Positions 57,126-64,000 of a stretch of 64,000 bases of DNA are shown here, in pieces (the stretch's first letter is position 1; each line of letters starts with the position of its first letter). The notes under the pieces were generated by a model. The model did no database searches. It was not told where the DNA came from and saw only the letters and a list, made by a program, of their open reading frames with translations. The position numbers were made by a program, and so were the translations under genes. Source of the stretch: Terribacillus saccharophilus (GTDB lineage Bacteria > Bacillota > Bacilli > Bacillales > Amphibacillaceae); assembly GCF_046592595.1 (NCBI RefSeq), contig NZ_JAWVPF010000002.1:430985-494984 (forward strand), given 5' to 3'.

Positions 57126-57155
57126 CAGTATCTCCCCGCGGGAAATTTTTTATGC
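57126..57155 (-). promoter_or_regulatory. SigmaF/sigmaG-type forespore promoter of sigG.
   Basis: -35 GCATA, 15-nt spacer, -10 GGAGATACTG, matching the sigF consensus GCATR-N15-GGnnAnAhTR. Confidence 0.6.
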
Positions 57156-57213
57156 AAAGACAAAAAGTGCCTGACCTTGTCCAATAGAGGACAAATACAG
57201 GCACCAGTAAGGC

Positions 57214-57927
57214 TTAAAGCATTTTATTAAATTCTTTTTGCAATCTGCGTATAATTTTCTTTTCCAGACGGGAAATGTAGGATTGAGAGATGCCAAGCAT
57301 ATCAGCCACATCTTTTTGCGTTTTCTCTTCCTGACCGATAAGTCCAAAGCGCAGTTCCATGATTTGTTTTTCTCTATCGTTAAGCTGTTCCAAGGCTTTT
57401 TTTAATAGGTTCTTATCTACATTTTTCTCGATATCCTTCGTTATGATATCATCATCTGTTCCTAGAACATCTGACAAGAGCAGTTCATTGCCGTCCCAAT
57501 CAATATTGAGCGGTTCATCAAAACTTATTTCGGACTTCAGTTTGCTATTCCGGCGCAAATACATGAGGATTTCATTTTCAATACAGCGGGAAGCGTATGT
57601 TGCAAGCTTGATTTTCTTCTCTGGATTGAAAGTGTTTACTGCCTTGATTAGACCTATTGTTCCAATACTGATTAAATCTTCTATATTGATGCCCGTGTTT
57701 TCAAACTTCCTTGCGATATACACTACCAGGCGAAGATTGCGCTCGATAAGCATCGCTCTTGCCGATTTGTCGCCTGTTGGCAGGAGCTGTAACAGCTTGA
57801 ACTCCTCTTCCTTTGATAGGGGAGGAGGCAGGGCCTCGCTGCCGCCGATATAGTAGATTTCTTTCCGCTTGATCTTTAGCTTGACGAGAATCTTATACCA
57901 CCATAATTTCAGCTTCCATGCTTTCAT
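57214..57927 (-). CDS. sigE: Pro-sigmaE sporulation sigma factor.
   Basis: [18 protein letters not shown]...[37 protein letters not shown] is nearly identical to B. subtilis SigE. The N-terminal pro-sequence is present. Confidence 0.95.
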   Translation of the reverse strand: MKAWKLKLWWYKILVKLKIKRKEIYYIGGSEALPPPLSKEEEFKLLQLLPTGDKSARAMLIERNLRLVVYIARKFENTGINIEDLISIGTIGLIKAVNTFNPEKKIKLATYASRCIENEILMYLRRNSKLKSEISFDEPLNIDWDGNELLLSDVLGTDDDIITKDIEKNVDKNLLKKALEQLNDREKQIMELRFGLIGQEEKTQKDVADMLGISQSYISRLEKKIIRRLQKEFNKML

Positions 57928-57950
57928 TATTCTGTTTATCTCCCTTCTCC

Positions 57951-58871
57951 TTAGCCTGCTTGTGTGCTGGCATCATGTACAAGTGACGGATGAAGCAGAC
58001 AGTGATAGCGATGATCTGCAGTAAGATTGCCGAATTGAATCCCAATCCAGACCCGGTCTGTTTCGATAGGGTTTTGGCCCATTTCAATCAAAATACTATC
58101 TGGCTTTAATACCAGCATAAGAGCTCCTTCCCCATTCACGCCCTGATATGGAACAACAGAAAAATCATAAGGCCAATTCTGCGGCAGCAAATCCAAGTCT
58201 AAATCAGTGTTAGCATGAGTAAGCAGCTGCCAATCTTCTTCCGTGAACCAATTCCGCAAAAAGTGTTGATCACAGATTACGACAGGTCGTTTCGTTAACG
58301 GGTCGGATAGGTGATTCCCGCTATCGATAAATCCGTCTGTTTTATGTGAAATGCCATTGATGCTCACTTGAACGGTGTACAGCTGATCATAGCGAAATTG
58401 TTCAAAACGCTGCTTGTCCATTCTGCTCTTAGTAAAATACAAAGAAATTGGAAACATAATGGCTACGAAGAGCCAGCTGACGTGATCACCATATCCTGTG
58501 CTTACAGTCAAGAACGAAGCAGGAGTGAATGCAGCTTGTGTCTGCAGCATATAATGGATGGCGAATAGACTGCCGCCTGCAGCGAACGTTATAAAATAAA
58601 AAAGCAGCAGCATCTTAAGAAAGCGGGTGACAGAGCGGAATCCGAAAGCTGTCCAGATGATCAGCATGGAGAAGAGTACTTTACCCGCTGGATGGGCAAG
58701 AAAGCTCTCCGGAAAATAGACTGTTACTGGAACAATGAGTGAAGCTACAATGGCGCCTGCAAATATACGAAGCTTAGGTACTTGCAGTCTTGCAATGGCT
58801 TGCGTACATAATAGCAGCAGCCAGTCCAAAAAAAGATTAAGTGTCCAGACTGCATCCAGATAGATTGTCAC
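57951..58871 (-). CDS. spoIIGA: Pro-sigmaE processing aspartic protease SpoIIGA.
   Basis: Multi-TM N-terminus plus a C-terminal protease domain (FIDSGNHL). GTG start with RBS GGGGA. It is immediately upstream of sigE. Confidence 0.85.
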   Translation of the reverse strand: MTIYLDAVWTLNLFLDWLLLLCTQAIARLQVPKLRIFAGAIVASLIVPVTVYFPESFLAHPAGKVLFSMLIIWTAFGFRSVTRFLKMLLLFYFITFAAGGSLFAIHYMLQTQAAFTPASFLTVSTGYGDHVSWLFVAIMFPISLYFTKSRMDKQRFEQFRYDQLYTVQVSINGISHKTDGFIDSGNHLSDPLTKRPVVICDQHFLRNWFTEEDWQLLTHANTDLDLDLLPQNWPYDFSVVPYQGVNGEGALMLVLKPDSILIEMGQNPIETDRVWIGIQFGNLTADHRYHCLLHPSLVHDASTQAG

Positions 58872-58906
58872 GTCAGCTATCCCCTTCTTCTTTAATAGAT
58901 GAAGCT

Positions 58907-58939
58907 AGTATAACGGAGCACCGATTCAAATACTGTCAG
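58907..58939 (-). promoter_or_regulatory. spoIIG-type promoter with an extended spacer.
   Basis: -35-like CTGACA and -10 TATACT separated by 21 nt, as in the Spo0A-dependent B. subtilis spoIIG promoter. An upstream 0A-box-like TTAGACA is present. Confidence 0.5.
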
Positions 58940-59006
58940 TTTATGCACGCAGCAGCGCACTATTTTTATGTATTTTCCGCCTAATTTGTCTAACATTTCT
59001 TGGCAT

Positions 59007-59038
59007 AAAAAAAAGGATAGCATCATAGGATGCTATCC
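59007..59038 (-). terminator. Intrinsic terminator of ftsZ.
   Basis: GGATAGCATC-ctat-GATGCTATCC plus U8. Confidence 0.85.
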
Positions 59039-59044
59039 TTTTAC

Positions 59045-60211
59045 TTATTTTCTGCGGTTGCGATTACGTAGGAATGTCGGGATATCCAATGTATCCTCTT
59101 CCTGCTTGCGCGGCTGCTGTTGTGGAGATGGTGTTTCCCGGCGCAGTTCTTCCCGCTCTCTTCTTCTTTCAGAAGTTGCCGGCTGCTGCGTCTCCCGAGC
59201 TTCCTTCTCTGCCGGACGTGCTTTCGGGCGGGGAGCATTCATAGCTTGCTGGATTTGAGCTTCATCGAACCCTGTCGCAATGACAGTAACTACGATTTCA
59301 TCTTTCAAATCTTCATTGATAACGGAACCGAAGATTACATTCACTTCCTGGTCAGCCGCACTCGTTACAATATCAGCCGCTTCCTGTACTTCGTACAGGC
59401 TCAAGTTCGTACCACCGGAGATGTTCATAAGAACGCCATGTGCTCCATCAATAGAAGTCTCTAGCAATGGAGAGCTGATGGCTTTCTTCGCGGCCTCAGT
59501 TGCACGATTTTCACCAGTTGCAATACCGATACCCATAAGTGCTGATCCTTTATCAGCCATGATCGTTTTCACGTCAGCAAAGTCGACGTTGATCAGACCA
59601 GGGACAGCAATCAACTCGGAAATACCTTGTACACCTTGACGAAGGACATTATCCGCTTCACGGAATGCCTCAAGCATTGGTGTGTTTTTATCAACGATTT
59701 CAAGCAAGCGGTCATTCGGGATAACGATAAGTGTATCTACGCTGCCCTTTAGTGCATCTGTTCCAGCTAGTGCCTGTGTCTGACGTTTACGACCCTCGAA
59801 TGAGAAAGGACGTGTAACGATACCGACTGTCAGAGCGCCAAGCTCTTTGGCAATCTGCGCGATAACTGGTGCAGCACCTGTACCAGTTCCGCCTCCCATA
59901 CCAGCTGTGACGAATACCATGTCAGCTCCTTGAAGAACTTCCTGGATTTGTTCTTTGCTTTCTTCTGCTGCTTTGCGACCTACTTCCGGGTTGGCACCAG
60001 CACCAAGACCGCGTGTCAATTTCGCACCAATTTGCATTTTGACATCTGCTTTTGATAGATTCAAAGCCTGTGAATCTGTGTTCACTGCAATGAAGTCCAC
60101 GCCTTGGACGCCATGTTCGATCATTCGGTTGACGGCGTTGCTTCCGCCTCCGCCGACGCCGATGACTTTTATCGTCGCTAATGTTTCCATATTTGTGTCA
60201 AACTCTAACAT
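59045..60211 (-). CDS. ftsZ: Cell division GTPase FtsZ.
   Basis: [30 protein letters not shown] and the GGGTGTG tubulin signature. Confidence 0.95.
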   Translation of the reverse strand: MLEFDTNMETLATIKVIGVGGGGSNAVNRMIEHGVQGVDFIAVNTDSQALNLSKADVKMQIGAKLTRGLGAGANPEVGRKAAEESKEQIQEVLQGADMVFVTAGMGGGTGTGAAPVIAQIAKELGALTVGIVTRPFSFEGRKRQTQALAGTDALKGSVDTLIVIPNDRLLEIVDKNTPMLEAFREADNVLRQGVQGISELIAVPGLINVDFADVKTIMADKGSALMGIGIATGENRATEAAKKAISSPLLETSIDGAHGVLMNISGGTNLSLYEVQEAADIVTSAADQEVNVIFGSVINEDLKDEIVVTVIATGFDEAQIQQAMNAPRPKARPAEKEARETQQPATSERRREREELRRETPSPQQQPRKQEEDTLDIPTFLRNRNRRK

Positions 60212-60269
60212 CTTAACGTCCTCCTATTTACAAACCGTCGCATCCAACAATCGAGCTGACGTGTCTGTC

Positions 60270-61562
60270 TTAATCGAAAAAGTACTTGAACAGGTTAGCA
60301 ATACCTGATTCTTTCTTTTTTTCTTCGCCTTTTTTCTTTTCTGATTTAGCAGGTTTTGCCGGTCTTCTTTCCGGCTCCTCGAAGTCTCCCTCTGTTACAG
60401 CAGAGAAGATCTCCTTACCTTGTATTCTCGCATTCCGATAGGCAAATTGCAAGATTCCAACGGCGCTTGTAAACTGTGGTTCCCGCACTCCCAGATAATC
60501 CGGAATCGCAAGTCTCACATTTGCTTGGAAGCAGTCCTGTGCAAGTTCAAGCATACCTGGCATCATGGATGTTCCGCCGGTGAGGACATAGCCGCCCGGA
60601 AGTTCCGGGAAGCCCATACGCTTGATTTCACTGTCTGCATATGCAAATATCTCCTCAACACGGGCTTCTACGATATCTGCGACATCAAGCTGGGAGAAGC
60701 TTTGCTTCTTGTTGCTGCCAATAATGGAAGCTTCGAAAGTTTCTTCCTCCCTGGCATCATCGTAGAAAGCATGTCCATATCCAATTTTGATTTCTTCCGC
60801 TTGTTCGGAGGAAGTCTTCAGTCCGATGGATATATCCTTGCTGATATTCTCGCCGCCAAGAGGAACAACACTAGTCGCCATAAGCTGACCATTGCCAAAC
60901 ACAGAGACAGTCGTATTGCCTCCGCCGATGTCAATCAGTCCGACACCAAGGTTCTTTTCATCCTCAGAAAGGGCGACAGCCCCTGCAGCAAGTGGCTGCA
61001 GACATATATCCATCACTTCTAAGTTGGCTCTCTCGACGCATTTCAATAGATTATGTAAGACTGTGCGGGAACAAGTAATGATTGTCCCTTCCATTTCTAA
61101 TCGTACACCGATCATGCCGCGTGGGTCATTGATACCATCCAATCCATCTACGATGAACTGTTTCGGAACCACATCGACTATCTCGCGTTCAGGCGGAATG
61201 GATACTACTTGTGCTGCATCGATTACACGTGCAATATCCTCGTCGTCTATTTCTCTGGTTTCACTGGATACTGCCACCACTCCATGACACGGATGCAGCT
61301 GGATCTGGTTCCCATTGACACCGACGACTACACGTTCGATCTGCATACCGACCATCCGCTCTGCTTGTTCTACAGCACTGCGAATCGATTGGACCGTTTG
61401 GTCTATATCGACGATGGCGCCTTTTTTCAGGCCTTTTGATTTTGCCGTACCGACACCGATTATATTAAGGGAATCTTGAAATACTTCCCCGATAATCACT
61501 TTAATATTTGATGTTCCTACATCTAAGCTGACTAAAATTTCACTGTTGTTCACGTAAGGCAC
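60270..61562 (-). CDS. ftsA: Cell division protein FtsA.
   Basis: Actin-fold motifs VSLDVGTSNIKVIIGE, with a C-terminal amphipathic tail. Confidence 0.95.
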   Translation of the reverse strand: MPYVNNSEILVSLDVGTSNIKVIIGEVFQDSLNIIGVGTAKSKGLKKGAIVDIDQTVQSIRSAVEQAERMVGMQIERVVVGVNGNQIQLHPCHGVVAVSSETREIDDEDIARVIDAAQVVSIPPEREIVDVVPKQFIVDGLDGINDPRGMIGVRLEMEGTIITCSRTVLHNLLKCVERANLEVMDICLQPLAAGAVALSEDEKNLGVGLIDIGGGNTTVSVFGNGQLMATSVVPLGGENISKDISIGLKTSSEQAEEIKIGYGHAFYDDAREEETFEASIIGSNKKQSFSQLDVADIVEARVEEIFAYADSEIKRMGFPELPGGYVLTGGTSMMPGMLELAQDCFQANVRLAIPDYLGVREPQFTSAVGILQFAYRNARIQGKEIFSAVTEGDFEEPERRPAKPAKSEKKKGEEKKKESGIANLFKYFFD

Positions 61563-61786
61563 CTCCTAATCCTAGAGACATGTCGCCCAGCATTGTTTTT
61601 ACATTTTTCGTTTCATAATTAACATTTGTATTGAGACACGCATAATTATAACAAATTTCACGAGAAATTTTGCCTAAAAAACGACATTCTGTAAGAATTT
61701 AGCCTAATATACTCGTATTTGATTCGACTATACCGCATATAGCCCGTTTATTCTACATAAACTGACAAAATATCATGAATTTCTGC

Positions 61787-62569
61787 TTACTGGCCTTCTT
61801 CTTGTTCGCTGGCTTCTTTTTTCTTCTCGGCAGGCTCGAAATAGGTTCCTACTCCCATATGAAGCACACCATCCACTTCTGGGTCCAGCTGCGCCGCAAT
61901 ACTCGGATATGCCTCCATATTCGTAGCGAAAGTGCGGATCGTTCCTTGCACTTCCCTGCCGTCATTCATGAATAACTGGATGACAAATTGGTTGTCATCA
62001 GTCGGTTTGTAATGTATCTCTGATATGAGACCAGTAATAGATGCTGGCAGCTGCTCAAGCTCTTCTGCCATCTCTTTCAGATACTTATCATCAGAAAAAC
62101 CATAGAGTGTCGGGGCATCGGATTTTGGCTGCTCCCATTTCTTTTCAGAAATACTGCCATTGCTAAGCAGCGCCCGATAGCTGTTATCCTGCTGCAGATA
62201 CCCTACTCTGCCTAGCTCCGTCACCTTGATGGTAACAGTAGCCGGGAAGCCTCTGCTTATTGATACCTTTTCGACCTCTTCGTTTTCTTCTATCTGTTTG
62301 ATTGCTTGATCCTTATCAATTCGCCACATATTATCTGAAGTAGTCAATCCGCTGCTTTGAATAATAGTTTCTTTAGGCAGAAATTCGTTTCCTTCCACTT
62401 CAAGACGGTGGATATTGCTTAATGGCGATTGTAAATACACAATGATGAAGATCAGTACGAAGAAAATAGACAAGTAGAAAACAAGTCGTCTATTCGCTTT
62501 TTTCTTTCTCGCTTGTTTTAATTTCGGGATACGGTCCTCGATGGAAACAATTTTCTTTTTTTCGCTCAT
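61787..62569 (-). CDS. divIB: Cell division protein DivIB (FtsQ).
   Basis: Basic N-terminus, single TM helix, then POTRA and beta domains. It sits upstream of ftsA. Confidence 0.85.
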   Translation of the reverse strand: MSEKKKIVSIEDRIPKLKQARKKKANRRLVFYLSIFFVLIFIIVYLQSPLSNIHRLEVEGNEFLPKETIIQSSGLTTSDNMWRIDKDQAIKQIEENEEVEKVSISRGFPATVTIKVTELGRVGYLQQDNSYRALLSNGSISEKKWEQPKSDAPTLYGFSDDKYLKEMAEELEQLPASITGLISEIHYKPTDDNQFVIQLFMNDGREVQGTIRTFATNMEAYPSIAAQLDPEVDGVLHMGVGTYFEPAEKKKEASEQEEGQ

Positions 62570-62993
62570 TGCCTCTTCTTCCTATGCTGTACAGTCGAAA
62601 AAACTGCTTGTATTGTAATTATAAAATTATAACACATTCATATAGCGGAAGTAGTCAGTAACCAACAAATTGTAAATAATCCGCCTTCTAAAAAGGTTTC
62701 TTTACCTAATTACATAAGAAGCCGCCAATTTCCTTCTTCAATGGGGCAAGAAATGAAAACTTCTAACCATCTTCTTTTTCTTTCATTCTTTCTCTTCTAT
62801 TATTCTCTCCCATTCTACCATTACATTCGTTCTATTGTACTTGGTTTTGTCGGTCAAGTCTTATTTTTTGCAGCGGTAAAAATATCCATCTCTTTGTTCA
62901 CTCCAATGCTGACGTACAGCTAATAGTTTGAATGCGGTTTAGCGTGATTGTGTCATGTTATGTATGAATAAAACCTGAAGAATCGCAGTACAG

Positions 62994-63028
62994 AAAAAAG
63001 AAACCTCCTCTCAAGAGGTTTCTTTCCT
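62994..63028 (-). terminator. Intrinsic terminator downstream of ssuE.
   Basis: GAAACCTC-ctctcaa-GAGGTTTC followed by TTTTTTCTG on the - strand. Confidence 0.7.
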
Positions 63029-63172
63029 CAAATGATTTGCGATACCTAATAAACAGCTGTTTATGATTACAATAGGCAGGGCTTTGGGAAAGCCTAATGT
63101 TCATACCCGGTTTTGAAAACAGTTAAACCGCTTCAGCATACTATGTCTGTAAGCATTATTTGTGGGCTGTAT

Positions 63173-63724
63173 TCATTTTACCGCGCTGGCAGCGTGATTG
63201 CGTCGAATCGCTTCTATAAACTGATTTGTCTGTGTGTTAATTCTTGCAGCGGTTTCTTCGTCTGCCACTGGCTGATCCAAGTTCTCCTTGTTGATATGGT
63301 GGTCGCATAAATATACTCCCTGTAAAGGCTCTCCCTTTAAATTCGCTATTAACGGCTTCAATGCGTAATCTATCGCTAGCAGATGGGCCGGACTGCCACC
63401 TGTCATGATAGGAAGTACCGGCTTATACTTAAACGCGTCCTGAGGCAGCAAATCAAGTAAGGCTTTTAATACACCTGTGTATGCTGCCTTATATACAGGA
63501 GAAGCAACAATTAATCCTTTGGCACCGTTGATAGCTTTGCCAGCTTCCACAATAGCCGGACTATCAAACCTTGCATAAATCAGGTCCTCTGGAGCAAAAT
63601 CGGTAACACTGATTTCCTTAACGCTAAGGCCTTGCTCCGCAGCCAATTTACCGGCATAGTTAGCTGCCAGCTGCGATCGGGAATGTTTGGATGGACTTCC
63701 TGATATAACAATAATATCTGTCAA
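63173..63724 (-). CDS. ssuE: NADPH-dependent FMN reductase, SsuE-like.
   Basis: FAPEDLIYARFDSPA, GLIVASPVYKAAYTGVLKALLDLLP and PIMTGGSPAHLLAIDYALKP closely match E. coli SsuE. TTG start after RBS AAAGGAG, preceded by a riboswitch terminator. Confidence 0.8.
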   Translation of the reverse strand: MTDIIVISGSPSKHSRSQLAANYAGKLAAEQGLSVKEISVTDFAPEDLIYARFDSPAIVEAGKAINGAKGLIVASPVYKAAYTGVLKALLDLLPQDAFKYKPVLPIMTGGSPAHLLAIDYALKPLIANLKGEPLQGVYLCDHHINKENLDQPVADEETAARINTQTNQFIEAIRRNHAASAVK

Positions 63725-63764
63725 TTTGTCATGTCTCCTTTTTTTCTGTGAAAGAGTGAATAAA

Positions 63765-63925
63765 CGAAAAAAGCTCTCTTTCCCGGAGAAAAGAGAGCTT
63801 GGTACAATCGCCCGCACTCTTATCTTCCAAGAAATTAATCTTGCTGGATTTAGCACCTTTCTGACATTGTCAGAGGTTGCTGAAGCTTCAAAGGGCCAGT
63901 CCCTCGGCTTCTCTTGATAAGAACT
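63765..63925 (-). ncRNA. SAM-I (S-box) riboswitch in the ssuE leader.
   Basis: - strand: UCUUAUCAAGAGAAGCCGAGGGACUGGCCCUUUGAAGCUUCAGCAACC...AAGGUGCUAAAUCCAGCAAG...GGAAGAUAAGAG. All S-box signature blocks are present. Then antiterminator/terminator AAGCUCUCUUU-ucuccggg-AAAGAGAGCUU plus U6. Confidence 0.9.
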
Positions 63926-63942
63926 GTATGAAATTGTCTACA

Positions 63943-63971
63943 ATAATACGGGTATCATATAAAAAAGTCAA
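63943..63971 (-). promoter_or_regulatory. SigmaA promoter driving the S-box-ssuE transcript.
   Basis: TTGACT-N17-TATTAT on the - strand, about 15 nt upstream of the riboswitch P1. Confidence 0.65.
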
Positions 63972-64000
63972 CAATAATTATCTAAAAACTTTAAATATGA

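Noticed and set aside
62741-62923. 60-aa hydrophobic + strand ORF upstream of divIB.
   Set aside because: No Shine-Dalgarno. It is composed of F/L/Y runs from a pyrimidine-rich strand and sits in the divIB promoter region on the wrong strand.

Overview
This window reads as a Bacillaceae chromosomal segment that is collinear with the Bacillus subtilis smc ... dcw region, inverted, so most genes lie on the minus strand. Identification rests on N-terminal and motif similarity to B. subtilis proteins recalled from memory; no database search was run.

Gene content, left to right:
- smc (partial), rnc, acpP, fabG, fabD, plsX, fapR, recG, sdaAA, sdaAB, fakA/yloV, yloU
- rpmB (plus strand) and the 26-codon spoVM, which is below the ORF-track size cutoff
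- thiN, rpe, rsgA, prkC, prpC, rsmB, fmt, priA, coaBC, rpoZ, gmk, remA, yloC, yloB (Ca-ATPase), rqcH (plus strand)
- an accessory insert of about 4 kb
- the pyrimidine operon: pyrR, pyrP, pyrB, pyrC, carA, carB, pyrK, pyrD, pyrF, pyrE
- rluD, lspA, ileS, divIVA, ylmH, ylmG, sepF, ylmE, ylmD, ylmC, sigG, sigE, spoIIGA, ftsZ, ftsA, divIB
- an ssuE-like NADPH-dependent FMN reductase

RNA and regulatory elements readable directly from the sequence:
- two PyrR attenuators
- an Ile T-box leader on ileS
- a canonical SAM-I (S-box) riboswitch in front of ssuE
- a sigmaW-type promoter in front of the flotillin gene
- a sigmaF/G-type sigG promoter and a spoIIG-type promoter with a long spacer
- about a dozen intrinsic terminators

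No tRNA, rRNA, CRISPR array, transposase or integrase was found.

The only clearly non-syntenic block is 32.05-36.06 kb, between rqcH and pyrE, where B. subtilis carries the S-box-regulated cysH operon. It holds a GNAT acetyltransferase, an uncharacterised two-TM coiled-coil membrane protein, and a divergently transcribed FloT-like flotillin with a sigmaW-like promoter and a 190-nt leader. It also contains about 0.6 kb of AT-rich non-coding DNA. This block and the S-box/ssuE pairing at the right edge are the best candidates for something new. I found no multi-gene defence or mobile system.
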